Source: an uncultured Cytophagales bacterium (GTDB lineage Bacteria; Bacteroidota; Bacteroidia; Cytophagales; Cyclobacteriaceae). Taken from it: a stretch of DNA of 64,000 nt. Under the pieces are notes generated by a model. That model saw only the letters and a program-made list of their open reading frames with translations. It did no database searches and was not told where the DNA came from. Location: NCBI GenBank assembly GCA_964514385.1, contig CAZEQJ010000011.1, forward strand, positions 14,295-78,294, written 5' to 3'. The position numbers and the translations under genes were made by a program. Shown here one piece after another: positions 29,801 to 38,283 of the stretch. Each line of letters begins with the position of its first letter. Position 1 is the first letter of the stretch.

Positions 29801-31193
29801 CTGCAGGTAAAATGGTTTCAAATATTGTCTCTGCGCGACTTTTGACATCCTCCTCTTTCACGCCGTGTAATTTTGCCAGCCCTTTATGCCCAAAAGGTAC
29901 TGCAATTGAGCCGTCATCCTTCATCATAAACTGGTAAACGGTGCCTGGCAGGTTTTCAATCATATTGGAAAGAAGGCGTTCATTTCTGGCACTCTCCATT
30001 TCAGAAAGCTTTCTATCCGTAATATCATCGAGATAGCCATAAAAAATTACACCATTTTCCACTCTTTCTGGCGTACCCACACTTAAAAGATAGCGTAATC
30101 CCCTCTTTTCGCTCAGGGATCGGAATTCCGATTTGAATAGGGTAAGATCCTGAAGGGATTTCTGAATGGCTTCATTTACAGACTGAAGGTCATCCGGATG
30201 GACGTTTGCCATTGACATCTGAGGGTCGTCTCTGATTTGCTGTTCCTCAAGACCATGTAGCTCAGCAATTCCTTTATGGCCAAACAGTATATCTGCTGTG
30301 CCGTCGTCATATAAAATATTCTGGTATACCGTACCTGGTAAGTTATTGATCAGGGTTGTGAGGATCTTTTCATTTCTTGTGGCACTTAATTCCTCTTCCT
30401 TCTGAGCCGAAATATCGATTATAGTGCCGAAAATATATTTTGATCTCCCCTCCTCGTCAAATTCAAATACTTTACCGCGCGCCAGTACCCATACCCAATG
30501 TCCATCTTTATGCTTCATACGGTGTGTACAGGTATACCGGTCTGTTTCGCCATTCACATGTGCATTCAACTGCTTTTCACATTTGCGCAAATCTTCCGGA
30601 TGCACTCGTTCCGCCCAGGTATTTTTAGAGAGTGGCTTAAGCTCCTCCAGTTTAAAGCCGATTATTTCTGCCCATATATGATTATAGTTAGCCTTACCCG
30701 AAATCAGATCCAGTTCCCAGGTTCCTGAGTCAGTACCTTCTACGAGATATCCGTATTTTTTAGATTTTGATGTAAGGTGATTATCGGTCTTGAGGTCCGT
30801 TATATCCTGGTAAACTCCTATCATACGGTACGGTATTCCTTCATTATTCCATATGATAATACATTGTGTTTTGACCCATTTATATATGCCGTTTTTATGT
30901 TTTAGCCTTTGTTCGAGTTGGAACCGATTGATACCTTCCTGCATAGATCTTTGACCCACCTCCTGAGCCTTATCCAGATCTTCCGGGTGTATAACCTCAC
31001 GCATAAAGGAGGATTCCGTATCTGCACTATAGCCCAGCCAACTCCAGATATTGGGGTTTACCCAGGCCTTTTCATGGTTTTCCAGATCCCATATCCAGGT
31101 GGCATTAATTCCGGAATCCAGCAAAAGGTCGAAGACCGAAGCATCATTTTGTATGATCTTGTATAATTCTTTTTTCAGATTGTTGGTATCCAT
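26892..31193 (-). CDS. soluble multi-PAS hybrid sensor histidine kinase (PAS x ~6, HisKA, HATPase, REC, REC, Hpt)
   Basis: H-box FLANMSHEIRTPL, G-boxes RDTGIGI and GGTGLGLTIS. Two receivers (IIMDLHMPVMDG, VLTDIQMPEMNG). Hpt motif HKIKGSALALG. No TM helix. Confidence 0.9.
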   Translation of the reverse strand: MDTNNLKKELYKIIQNDASVFDLLLDSGINATWIWDLENHEKAWVNPNIWSWLGYSADTESSFMREVIHPEDLDKAQEVGQRSMQEGINRFQLEQRLKHKNGIYKWVKTQCIIIWNNEGIPYRMIGVYQDITDLKTDNHLTSKSKKYGYLVEGTDSGTWELDLISGKANYNHIWAEIIGFKLEELKPLSKNTWAERVHPEDLRKCEKQLNAHVNGETDRYTCTHRMKHKDGHWVWVLARGKVFEFDEEGRSKYIFGTIIDISAQKEEELSATRNEKILTTLINNLPGTVYQNILYDDGTADILFGHKGIAELHGLEEQQIRDDPQMSMANVHPDDLQSVNEAIQKSLQDLTLFKSEFRSLSEKRGLRYLLSVGTPERVENGVIFYGYLDDITDRKLSEMESARNERLLSNMIENLPGTVYQFMMKDDGSIAVPFGHKGLAKLHGVKEEDVKSRAETIFETILPADLIQVQQSIQQSYQELTNWVMEYRINKNGVIRHISGISKPEKVTGGVLWHGYLDDITESVIEREKLERLNDLFIKTNELGRIGTWEVNLSDMSTQWSPITCEIHEVDYFDQTNVEKGISYYQGKYKEIITNAVDNAIQNGKHFDLEALIKTAKGNYRWIRAVGIPEFEDGKCKYLHGLFQDIHEKKMANQKLEEKSTELNRILSLVSVGIFKMNQHGELIFLSPVFYQMLEKQEEEVLGSVGNIYEYIHEDDIDLLKETISNALNKIQPFSARFRYRLQENLVWFELKSEPWLENSGEFIWFGTLTDVTEEIKSQHLLEVEKEKAEEASRFKSEFLANMSHEIRTPLNGIIGFTDLLMKTPLDGTQQEYMKTVNSSAGTLLGLINDILDFSKIEAGKLELAPEMTDLPSLGAEIAEITKYQAHQKQLELILNLPMDLPRYINIDPLRLRQVCINLLSNAIKFTRKGEVEFQVKVLDKLSDDRVKLRFLVRDTGIGIAKEKQEKIFEAFTQEDSSTTRQFGGTGLGLTISNKLLSMMDSQLSLKSTLGKGSTFYFDIDVDCSYEDQGDAIVDLGFEKVMIVDDNETNLRLLEDMLKIAGLKTISATNGFRALDILSGDEDVDLIIMDLHMPVMDGFETMDKINQLTGSWGKKIYKVILSSSSSSEEYKRKVDNLKIDLALVKPVQFESFLKALSKIKDSTIDTKKVKIEEESTEAVLKTDKQLKVLVAEDNELNMVLVRSFFERMKGPFMVYEATNGKSALQKFKALQPDIVLTDIQMPEMNGYELARQVRKLEEGKDTIIIALTAGALEGDREKALNAGMDDYMSKPIKQDDFQKTLIRWTDKITSAEIVRTEIEDQANNKIDELNQLVNGDTDALRHLLAISEKMFIQGKTLLGEAIHNNEHQAIKAQAHKIKGSALALGFKELADVCLDMEMNATSNKKNLEKMLDRYIEESDKVVDILRSYQGIEA

Positions 31194-31274
31194 ACCTCGA
31201 CATTAACAATCACCAATTTACTGCTTTAACCAATACGTATTGATTAAAATTCAGGCATTTTATTACCTGTATCA

Positions 31275-32186
31275 TTATTGATCTGAAATAAAATCGTGGA
31301 GGTTTTTATTGAATTCCCTGATCTTAACGTCCAGGTCAAGTGCTTCCCGGCGGATTAATTCGTAGTATTTTTCGGGATCATTTTCAGGTAAGGTATTGAT
31401 ATGAATAAGGCCAAGAATACGTGCCAGAGGCCCCCTTATCATATGTGCATTGTTGAAGGCCAGCTGAATAAGATGTTCGTTCACTTGTTTGATGTATTTT
31501 GTCTTTTCACTTAAGGAGGAAGATAGCAGCTGATTGAGCTCATTTAGTTTTTTCTGCTTTTGAATTAGATCACGATATTGATCTTCAAGTAATCTGGTTT
31601 TAATACTTATGTCCCGCTCGGCTATTCTCAGGTCACCCTGTAAGGATTGAAAATGGATGCGCATGGTACCGGCCAGCACGGTTAATAATACATACAGTAG
31701 CGAATAGGGAATAATAAAGGATAGAAAAGCAGCATCCCATTGTTGTGTGATGATAGTAAAAGCCACGGCAATTATCATCGTCATGCTGTTGATCAGGTGA
31801 ATAATATTTCTGTAAAATCTCGCGAGCACAAAACTTGAAAAAAATGCAGCAATAGGGATGATGCTTAGCGCTACACGAGATTGATCAAAGCCAAATAAAA
31901 AAATATTACTGAAGAGGTAGGTATAAAGTATAAAAAAAGTAAGTAGCCCCGAAAACCGGACCTCCATTTTACCTATTAATAAATAGCATATAATGAGGGC
32001 CACCAGAAAAGCGCTAAATGTAATATATTGAAAAGCTTCCCACTCTCCTGCAAGAAGGCGAAATGTCAGGTATATAACGGATAATGAAACGGAGCTTACT
32101 ACGAAAATCCTGATCAGAAAAACCTCAAAGGCCTCCTTACTCCCTGCCTGCCTTAAAAAGGAAAAGAGCTTAGCTTCCATATCCAT
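31275..32186 (-). CDS. multi-TM membrane protein with a C-terminal coiled coil and an H-box (DHp-only) module; no ATPase domain
   Basis: About 6 hydrophobic helices, then the coiled coil DQYRDLIQKQKKLNELNQLL, then NNAHMIRGPLARILGL (an SHxLRxPLxxIxG-like H-box). The protein ends about 55 aa later. Confidence 0.6.
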   Translation of the reverse strand: MDMEAKLFSFLRQAGSKEAFEVFLIRIFVVSSVSLSVIYLTFRLLAGEWEAFQYITFSAFLVALIICYLLIGKMEVRFSGLLTFFILYTYLFSNIFLFGFDQSRVALSIIPIAAFFSSFVLARFYRNIIHLINSMTMIIAVAFTIITQQWDAAFLSFIIPYSLLYVLLTVLAGTMRIHFQSLQGDLRIAERDISIKTRLLEDQYRDLIQKQKKLNELNQLLSSSLSEKTKYIKQVNEHLIQLAFNNAHMIRGPLARILGLIHINTLPENDPEKYYELIRREALDLDVKIREFNKNLHDFISDQ

Positions 32187-32378
32187 TAATTAATCCCGTT
32201 TAACCAATTCTATAAAATGTACAAACTACAACATTTTATAATGCTAATCTATTAAAAAAATAGAGTTACGCATGATGATTCATTAACTAATTGTTAGCAA
32301 AATGAACATTGGTTAAGCTATTTCTCACAAAACGACTGGTTTTGCCTATATTTATTATCTCAAAAAAACATTGAAACA

Positions 32379-33953
32379 ATGCGTTATATTTTTTTAACAC
32401 TGCTTATCGTGGTATCCTGTACACCAAAAAAGGGTGACAATACCTCTTTAGGAAAGCTGGATCATGATTTCAGTATCAGTGAGTCTTCCAGCGCCGATTT
32501 TGATAAAGGGTTGTTGTTACTTCATAGTTTTGAGTATGATGATGCCGGGGAGGCCTTTGCTAAGGCGAGGAAGAAAGACCCGGATGAGGTGATGGCATAT
32601 TGGGGTGAAGCTATGTCCTACTACAAGGCATTATGGGGTCTGCAGGAAATTGAAAAGGGCCGAGCTGTGCTTAAGGAGCTGGGCGCAACACATGAAGAAA
32701 GAGTAGAGAAAGCTGAGAATGAACTTGAAATTGATTTTCTGAAAGGTGTGGAGATACTTTTTGGCGACGGGGAAGAGGCGTACCGGCAGAAGGAGTTCTC
32801 AAAGCATATGTCATCCCTGTATGATAAATACCCCGGCAATCAGGAGGTAGCGGCATTTTACTCCTTGTCGCTGATGTGGGCCTCAGGTGATGGACGAGAT
32901 GAAGCATTGTTCGATCTCTCCTCTCATGTTGCCGCAGGCATTCTGGAGGAAAACCCCAGTCACCCCGGAGCACTCCATTATATGATCCACGCAAATGATG
33001 ACCCAGCCTATGCGGCACTGGCCAGAGACGCCGCAGACCTCTATGCAGATGTAGCACCTGATGCAGCACATGCCCTTCATATGCCTTCGCATATTTACCT
33101 GGCATTAGGCATGTGGGAAGAGGTAGTAGCATCAAACATTGATTCATATCAGGCCAGCGTAGCAAGAATGGAGAAAAAAGGCCTGGATGATAAGGCCAGG
33201 GGCTATCATTCTTACGCATGGCTCCATTATGGTCACCTGCAACTTGGCCAGTTTGAAGAAGCTGAGCGTTTGCTCAGCGATATGTATCAATTTACAAATT
33301 CTGCTGATACCAGAAGTGCACGAAGCTACCTGGTAGACATGCAAACAGCACAACGTGTAGAATACGGAAAATGGCCGGAAAATCTGAAAATAGCCCGCGT
33401 CAGGGATGCAGATCTTGGTATCATAACTCAGATGAAACAGCTCTTTTTTCGCACGCTGATCGCTTTTGATCAACAAGATATGCCGAAAGCAGAAGCACTT
33501 ATTGATACGGCCAAAATCAGAATTAACACGGCTGAAATCATCGCCTCTCCGGATAAAGGTGTAAGCCTTTGCGGAATGGCTAACTATTCAAGGTATACCC
33601 CCTCGCAATCCGATATTGATAAAAGCCGTGTGATGCTACAGCAAATGATGGCTATGCATGCTTTACTCGATCGGGATACCGCACAGGCTGATGCATTATT
33701 TCAGGATGCAGTGAGAAGAGAGTCCGCTACCGAGTATAGCTATGGCCCTCCTGATATTCCGTATCCCTCGTTTGAGCAATATGGCTATTTCTTACTTGAG
33801 CAGGGTCATGGTGATAAAGCTGCATCCTTTTTTGAGCAGAGTCTTGCACGCGCAGCTAACAGGAGAATGGCTGTGGAAGGTAAGGCTAAAGCACTGGAAT
33901 CAGGCGTTAGCAATAGGGAAGATAAATCAATAGCCCAAAGTAGTCCTTTTTAG
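32379..33953 (+). CDS. TPR-like helical-repeat lipoprotein, function unknown
   Basis: Lipoprotein signal LLIVVSC and helical repeats. I do not recognise a catalytic motif. Confidence 0.5.
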   Translation: MRYIFLTLLIVVSCTPKKGDNTSLGKLDHDFSISESSSADFDKGLLLLHSFEYDDAGEAFAKARKKDPDEVMAYWGEAMSYYKALWGLQEIEKGRAVLKELGATHEERVEKAENELEIDFLKGVEILFGDGEEAYRQKEFSKHMSSLYDKYPGNQEVAAFYSLSLMWASGDGRDEALFDLSSHVAAGILEENPSHPGALHYMIHANDDPAYAALARDAADLYADVAPDAAHALHMPSHIYLALGMWEEVVASNIDSYQASVARMEKKGLDDKARGYHSYAWLHYGHLQLGQFEEAERLLSDMYQFTNSADTRSARSYLVDMQTAQRVEYGKWPENLKIARVRDADLGIITQMKQLFFRTLIAFDQQDMPKAEALIDTAKIRINTAEIIASPDKGVSLCGMANYSRYTPSQSDIDKSRVMLQQMMAMHALLDRDTAQADALFQDAVRRESATEYSYGPPDIPYPSFEQYGYFLLEQGHGDKAASFFEQSLARAANRRMAVEGKAKALESGVSNREDKSIAQSSPF

Positions 33954-34048
33954 AATAAACACCTTTCATCAAATATTTATACTGGTAAAATATTTTGGAT
34001 AGCAGATAAAAAATTCACTTTTTAAGTTTAATCAACAAATAATTTGTT

Positions 34049-36091
34049 ATGCGAATTTTATTATTGCTGATCCTTATTTTCCGTGGTATTACTGTTTCAG
34101 CCCAAATGCAACTGTTCAAATTTGGTGAAATAGATCAAAAACTGCTCACCAAAGAGACGCATGCTGAATATCCTGAAGCTAAAGCGGAAATCATTTACGA
34201 CAAAGGGCAGGTTGAATTTGTCGAACATGGTTTTTACACTTCGGTAGGCATGATGGATTACAGCAATATTAGCAGTGACTTTCGCCGTGTACAATACTCC
34301 TCTACCAATGACCCCGAACCCTACTGGATCAGATTTCAGCATACACAACGAAAAAAGATATATGATGCCACTGACCCGCAACAGACACGACTGACTATCC
34401 GGTTAAAGCCAGGCGAAGAACTAAAGGAGCTACTGCTGGCAGTATATAACCTGGATGAAGCGGGTATTACACAAACCTATTTTGACAGAAATAATCTGGA
34501 GGAAGAAGTATTAAATGATTACATCACACTAAATCATGTTGATTTTCCTGAAGTCAGAAACGGTAGTGTGGTTGAGTTCCGCTATGTAATTGAAAGCCCA
34601 AATCTGGTGAAAATGCCGGAGTGGAATTTCCAGCATGATATTCCTTTGTTTTACAGCGAATTCAAATTTATACGCATACCATTTTATGAGTATCAGTTTT
34701 TTACACAGCAGATAGATGAATTTAATTATGCTCAAAGTGAAGAAGGGCGTGAACGACAGCTTGGACAGGAAACTACCGGAAATATCACCAACACTGTTGC
34801 GCCCAAATTCAAAGAAAGCGTGACCACCTTCGTTATGCGTGATGTCGCACCTTTTCAGGATACAGCGTTTATTACTTCGAAAACTGACCATATAAAAAAG
34901 ATATTCTTCTACCTCAGTAAAAAATACCTCTTCAATGGAGGAACATTAGATTATGTCCCTACGCAGGAAACTCTTACCAAAACCATACTGGAGGACAATG
35001 ATTTTAAGAAGTATCTGCGCGGTGTAAAAAAATATGCTCGCGATATAGCCAAATCCAATAACATTGATGAGCTTTCAAAACCAGATCAGATACAATGGGT
35101 AATTAATTATATCAAAGATGAGTTTCACTGGAATGGAAACAAAAGCGTGTTTCCATCCCAGAGTGTAAAAGACTTCGTAGACGGAAAAACAGGTAATAAT
35201 GCTGATATCAACCTTTTTCTAATCGGGGTGATGGACTATCTGGACATCGATGCTCATCCGGTAATACTTAGCACCAGAGATAATGGGAGGGTTCTTACTG
35301 ACTTCCCATCCCTGACCAGCTTCAATTATCTCCTTGCCGGCGTCGATTTTGATGAAAGGCTCCTGACGGATGCCTCCCGTCCCCTGCTGGCCAACGATCT
35401 GATTCCATCAGAATGCCTGCATGATTTTGGGCTCTTCCTAGATAAAAAATATGAAGGTTGGGTAACGTTAACGAATGTTGAAAAATCGTCTACCACTAAA
35501 AATATCACCATCAGACCGGACATTGAAAATATGCAGGCTGCTGTCATAATCGACATCAGAGCTACTGATATGGAAGCACATAAACTTAGATTGAATGCAG
35601 GAAATACCCGGGAAAATATTATATCTTATTTTGATGTACTTGATAGCTACGAAAGCGCTGATGTAAGCGATTTTACAGAGCGCAACTCCCCCGTAGCCTA
35701 TACTCTTAATGGCAAAATGAAAATGTCCGGCAATGCCGATAGCGTTGCAATATATCCTTTGCTTGGCTTTTACCCCGATGAAAACCCATTCCCGTTTGAC
35801 TACCGCAAATATCCGATTGAAATGGATTATCCGCTGAAAGACTCCGTTTCCGTCACGCTGCACATTCCAGATGGATACACCATAGCATCGCTACCCAAAA
35901 ATATCAATAGCAATTCCGGTGACTTACAGTTGTCTGTGAATTATCAGCAAAACGGCAACGAACTACAGATACACGGATATTATGCTATTGAAAGAGCAAC
36001 GTTTAAGGTGCGTGAATTCATTACCGTCAGAAATTTTTATAACCGGTTAACAGAAGCATTAAATCCCGAAATACTGCTGGTAAAAGAATAG
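34049..36091 (+). CDS. DUF3857 / transglutaminase-like / DUF3858-type secreted protein, catalytic Cys absent
   Basis: Signal peptide. Central block GNNADINLFLIGVMDYLDIDAHPVILSTRDNG resembles the transglutaminase-core helix but has no Cys. Confidence 0.45.
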   Translation: MRILLLLILIFRGITVSAQMQLFKFGEIDQKLLTKETHAEYPEAKAEIIYDKGQVEFVEHGFYTSVGMMDYSNISSDFRRVQYSSTNDPEPYWIRFQHTQRKKIYDATDPQQTRLTIRLKPGEELKELLLAVYNLDEAGITQTYFDRNNLEEEVLNDYITLNHVDFPEVRNGSVVEFRYVIESPNLVKMPEWNFQHDIPLFYSEFKFIRIPFYEYQFFTQQIDEFNYAQSEEGRERQLGQETTGNITNTVAPKFKESVTTFVMRDVAPFQDTAFITSKTDHIKKIFFYLSKKYLFNGGTLDYVPTQETLTKTILEDNDFKKYLRGVKKYARDIAKSNNIDELSKPDQIQWVINYIKDEFHWNGNKSVFPSQSVKDFVDGKTGNNADINLFLIGVMDYLDIDAHPVILSTRDNGRVLTDFPSLTSFNYLLAGVDFDERLLTDASRPLLANDLIPSECLHDFGLFLDKKYEGWVTLTNVEKSSTTKNITIRPDIENMQAAVIIDIRATDMEAHKLRLNAGNTRENIISYFDVLDSYESADVSDFTERNSPVAYTLNGKMKMSGNADSVAIYPLLGFYPDENPFPFDYRKYPIEMDYPLKDSVSVTLHIPDGYTIASLPKNINSNSGDLQLSVNYQQNGNELQIHGYYAIERATFKVREFITVRNFYNRLTEALNPEILLVKE

Positions 36092-36559
36092 CTAATCGGT
36101 TGTGCTCTTTTTCGCGATGCTGGTATGAAGATCGTTTAATTGCAAAAGGGCGGCTGAACCATACCATGGTTTTAACTCCATCCGTAGTAGCCCCTGCTGA
36201 GTACTTGGATCTGTGTTTGTGAGGGCTTCAGCTTCCTCTATTGTGCTTACATCAAAAATATAAATACCTCGCAATTCACCCCCGTCAAGAAAAGGTCCTG
36301 CAAGTACCAGTTTGTTTTGCTCAGCCATCCGGTTGATATTTTCAAGATGTTTGAGCTGCAATTCCATACGCGCAGCCGAATCCAGTGATTGATTTTCACC
36401 ACGGTAAAGAAAGGCCATGACATAAGACTTCATACCATAGTCATCAGCACCAAGTGCGCTGGCAAGTTGAGCGTCATATTCAGTAGCGCTATTGTCGCTG
36501 ACATTAGCCTGACAGGACAACAACCACATAAGTGATACAAGAAATGCAATTGACTTCAT
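36092..36559 (-). CDS. YciI-like protein with a lipoprotein signal peptide
   Basis: Signal peptide with lipobox LLSC. The C-terminal part LVLAGPFLDGGELRGIYIFDV..EEAEAL...DP is YciI-like. Confidence 0.6.
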   Translation of the reverse strand: MKSIAFLVSLMWLLSCQANVSDNSATEYDAQLASALGADDYGMKSYVMAFLYRGENQSLDSAARMELQLKHLENINRMAEQNKLVLAGPFLDGGELRGIYIFDVSTIEEAEALTNTDPSTQQGLLRMELKPWYGSAALLQLNDLHTSIAKKSTTD

Positions 36560-36619
36560 ATGGATTTTTTTTCCGGCAAGTTAAGTTTATTACTTTTGAT
36601 ATTCATAAATCAATTCAAC

Positions 36620-37222
36620 ATGCTGATCCGGGAAGTAAAAGTAAGTCAGATCAATAACCTGAGTCATGCCAGATATTGTGCGGGTATGGGAGTGCAGTGG
36701 CTGTCATTCGAGACGCATCCCGATAGCAGTTTTTATATTGACCCTGCACTTATGAAGGAAATTGCCGGATGGGTGTCAGGACCTGAAATGGTACTCAATG
36801 TCAATCTTTATAAAACAGAAGAAGATATCAGGCAGGTAGCCGCTGTGTACGGCACCGATCTGATCGAAATTGACCTGGATCATCCGGCTTATGTGAACCT
36901 TGATGACCTGGATAAGATTACCCTCATCAACAGCGATCAATTTAACAAACTGGAGGATCTACCGGCTGGCTTGCCAGGCCATAAATTCTTCAGTATCGAA
37001 GTCAGGCATGATATTTCTGAACAACAAAAAGAAAAAATTCGGTTATGGGCAGGTAAAAACAGCTTCTTGCTGGGCATAATCTTTGCACCCGAAGATATAG
37101 AAGGATGGATAAATACAGAAATACGAGGTTTTACACTCTACAGCAACGAAGAGGAACGTCCTGGTTATACTAGCTACGACCACCTGGGAGATATTCTGGA
37201 AAAGCTGGAGGAAGAGGGATAG
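36620..37222 (+). CDS. hypothetical protein, weakly TrpF-like (PRAI-fold); start moved to an internal ATG
   Basis: VKVSQINNLSHARYCAGMGVQWLSFE loosely parallels K[IV]CGIT...A...GAD.LGF of TrpF but lacks the Cys-Gly. The track start at 36560 abuts the divergent gene with zero spacer. Confidence 0.3.
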   Translation: MLIREVKVSQINNLSHARYCAGMGVQWLSFETHPDSSFYIDPALMKEIAGWVSGPEMVLNVNLYKTEEDIRQVAAVYGTDLIEIDLDHPAYVNLDDLDKITLINSDQFNKLEDLPAGLPGHKFFSIEVRHDISEQQKEKIRLWAGKNSFLLGIIFAPEDIEGWINTEIRGFTLYSNEEERPGYTSYDHLGDILEKLEEEG

Positions 37223-37437
37223 AATAGAAAGGGATTGTGAAGAATCACAACCCCTTGTCAACCAACCTAACCTAACCAACTACGAAAACAATTTTCCTAG
37301 CTGTTATCAATTGAACGGCACAGTTAAAAAAATGTTATAATAAATTTAATTTTTTGGTATCATTAAGAAATATGGTTCATATTGCAGCCTGAGAACCGAT
37401 TTCCCGTACAAACTTTAATATAACGAAATAATATCTT

Positions 37438-38259
37438 ATGGAACGCAGAACAGTAGGTGTGATTGCAGTAGTTGCTGCCATCATCATATTCATTATCGTT
37501 TTTTCAAGCTCGATCTTTTATACCGTTGAAGCCGGTGAACGAGCGGTCATTTTCAAACCTATCGGAGGAGGCCTGGATAAGGAAAATGTAATTCAGCCCG
37601 GTTTGAATTTTAAAATGCCCTGGAATCAGGCCATTGTTATAGACGTAACAGAAAACCAGATAGAGGAAACTATGGATGTCCTGGACAAGAATGGCCTGGG
37701 CATCAGTGTAGATGTCACGGTAAGATTCTTCCCTAAATATGGTCTGATCGGTGATGTGTATGAAAAGTTTAAAGCCGAATACGTAAGCCGACTGGTAATC
37801 CCTGAAGTGCGGTCTACGGTACGACAGGTTATGGGCCGCTACACGGCTGAAGAAATTTACTCTACCAAACGTGCCGAGGTAGAAAATGCCATTAAAACGG
37901 AGACTGATCAGATACTGGGTGCCCCCGGGAATAACATTCAGATGAAAGCCCTGCTCATACGCTCCATTTCACTGCCGGACCAGATCAGGGAAGCTATCGA
38001 AAATAAATTAAAGCAGGAACAGGAAGCATTAGCTTACGAATTTAGGCTTGATCGTGAAAAGAGTGAAGCAGAAAGAAAACGTATCGCAGCAGAAGGTGAA
38101 GCGCGTGCGAACCAGATTATAAACAGTAGCCTTACAAAAGAATTGCTGCAAATGAGAGGAATTGAAGCAACAACTAAGCTGGCCGAGTCAGAAAATTCAA
38201 AAGTTGTGGTAATTGGTAGTGGTGAAGGTGGTTTACCACTCATCTTAGGTGGTAACTAA
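37438..38259 (+). CDS. SPFH/band-7 (prohibitin-like) membrane protein
   Basis: N-terminal TM helix, an SPFH core, and a C-terminal EA-rich coiled coil (KQEQEALAYEFRLDREKSEAERKRIAAEGEARA). Confidence 0.85.
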   Translation: MERRTVGVIAVVAAIIIFIIVFSSSIFYTVEAGERAVIFKPIGGGLDKENVIQPGLNFKMPWNQAIVIDVTENQIEETMDVLDKNGLGISVDVTVRFFPKYGLIGDVYEKFKAEYVSRLVIPEVRSTVRQVMGRYTAEEIYSTKRAEVENAIKTETDQILGAPGNNIQMKALLIRSISLPDQIREAIENKLKQEQEALAYEFRLDREKSEAERKRIAAEGEARANQIINSSLTKELLQMRGIEATTKLAESENSKVVVIGSGEGGLPLILGGN

Positions 38260-38283
38260 TTCAAGATCATAAAGAAATATAAT

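Noticed and set aside
32671-33219. 182-aa antisense ORF inside the TPR-like lipoprotein gene
   Set aside because: It lies entirely inside a longer, better-supported plus-strand ORF. Its Pro/Arg/His-rich composition is typical of antisense read-through in a locally GC-richer stretch.
37231-37254. Hairpin GGGATTGTGA, loop AGAA, TCACAACCCC after the TrpF-like gene
   Set aside because: It has an internal A-C mismatch and no following T-run, so it is too weak to call a terminator.
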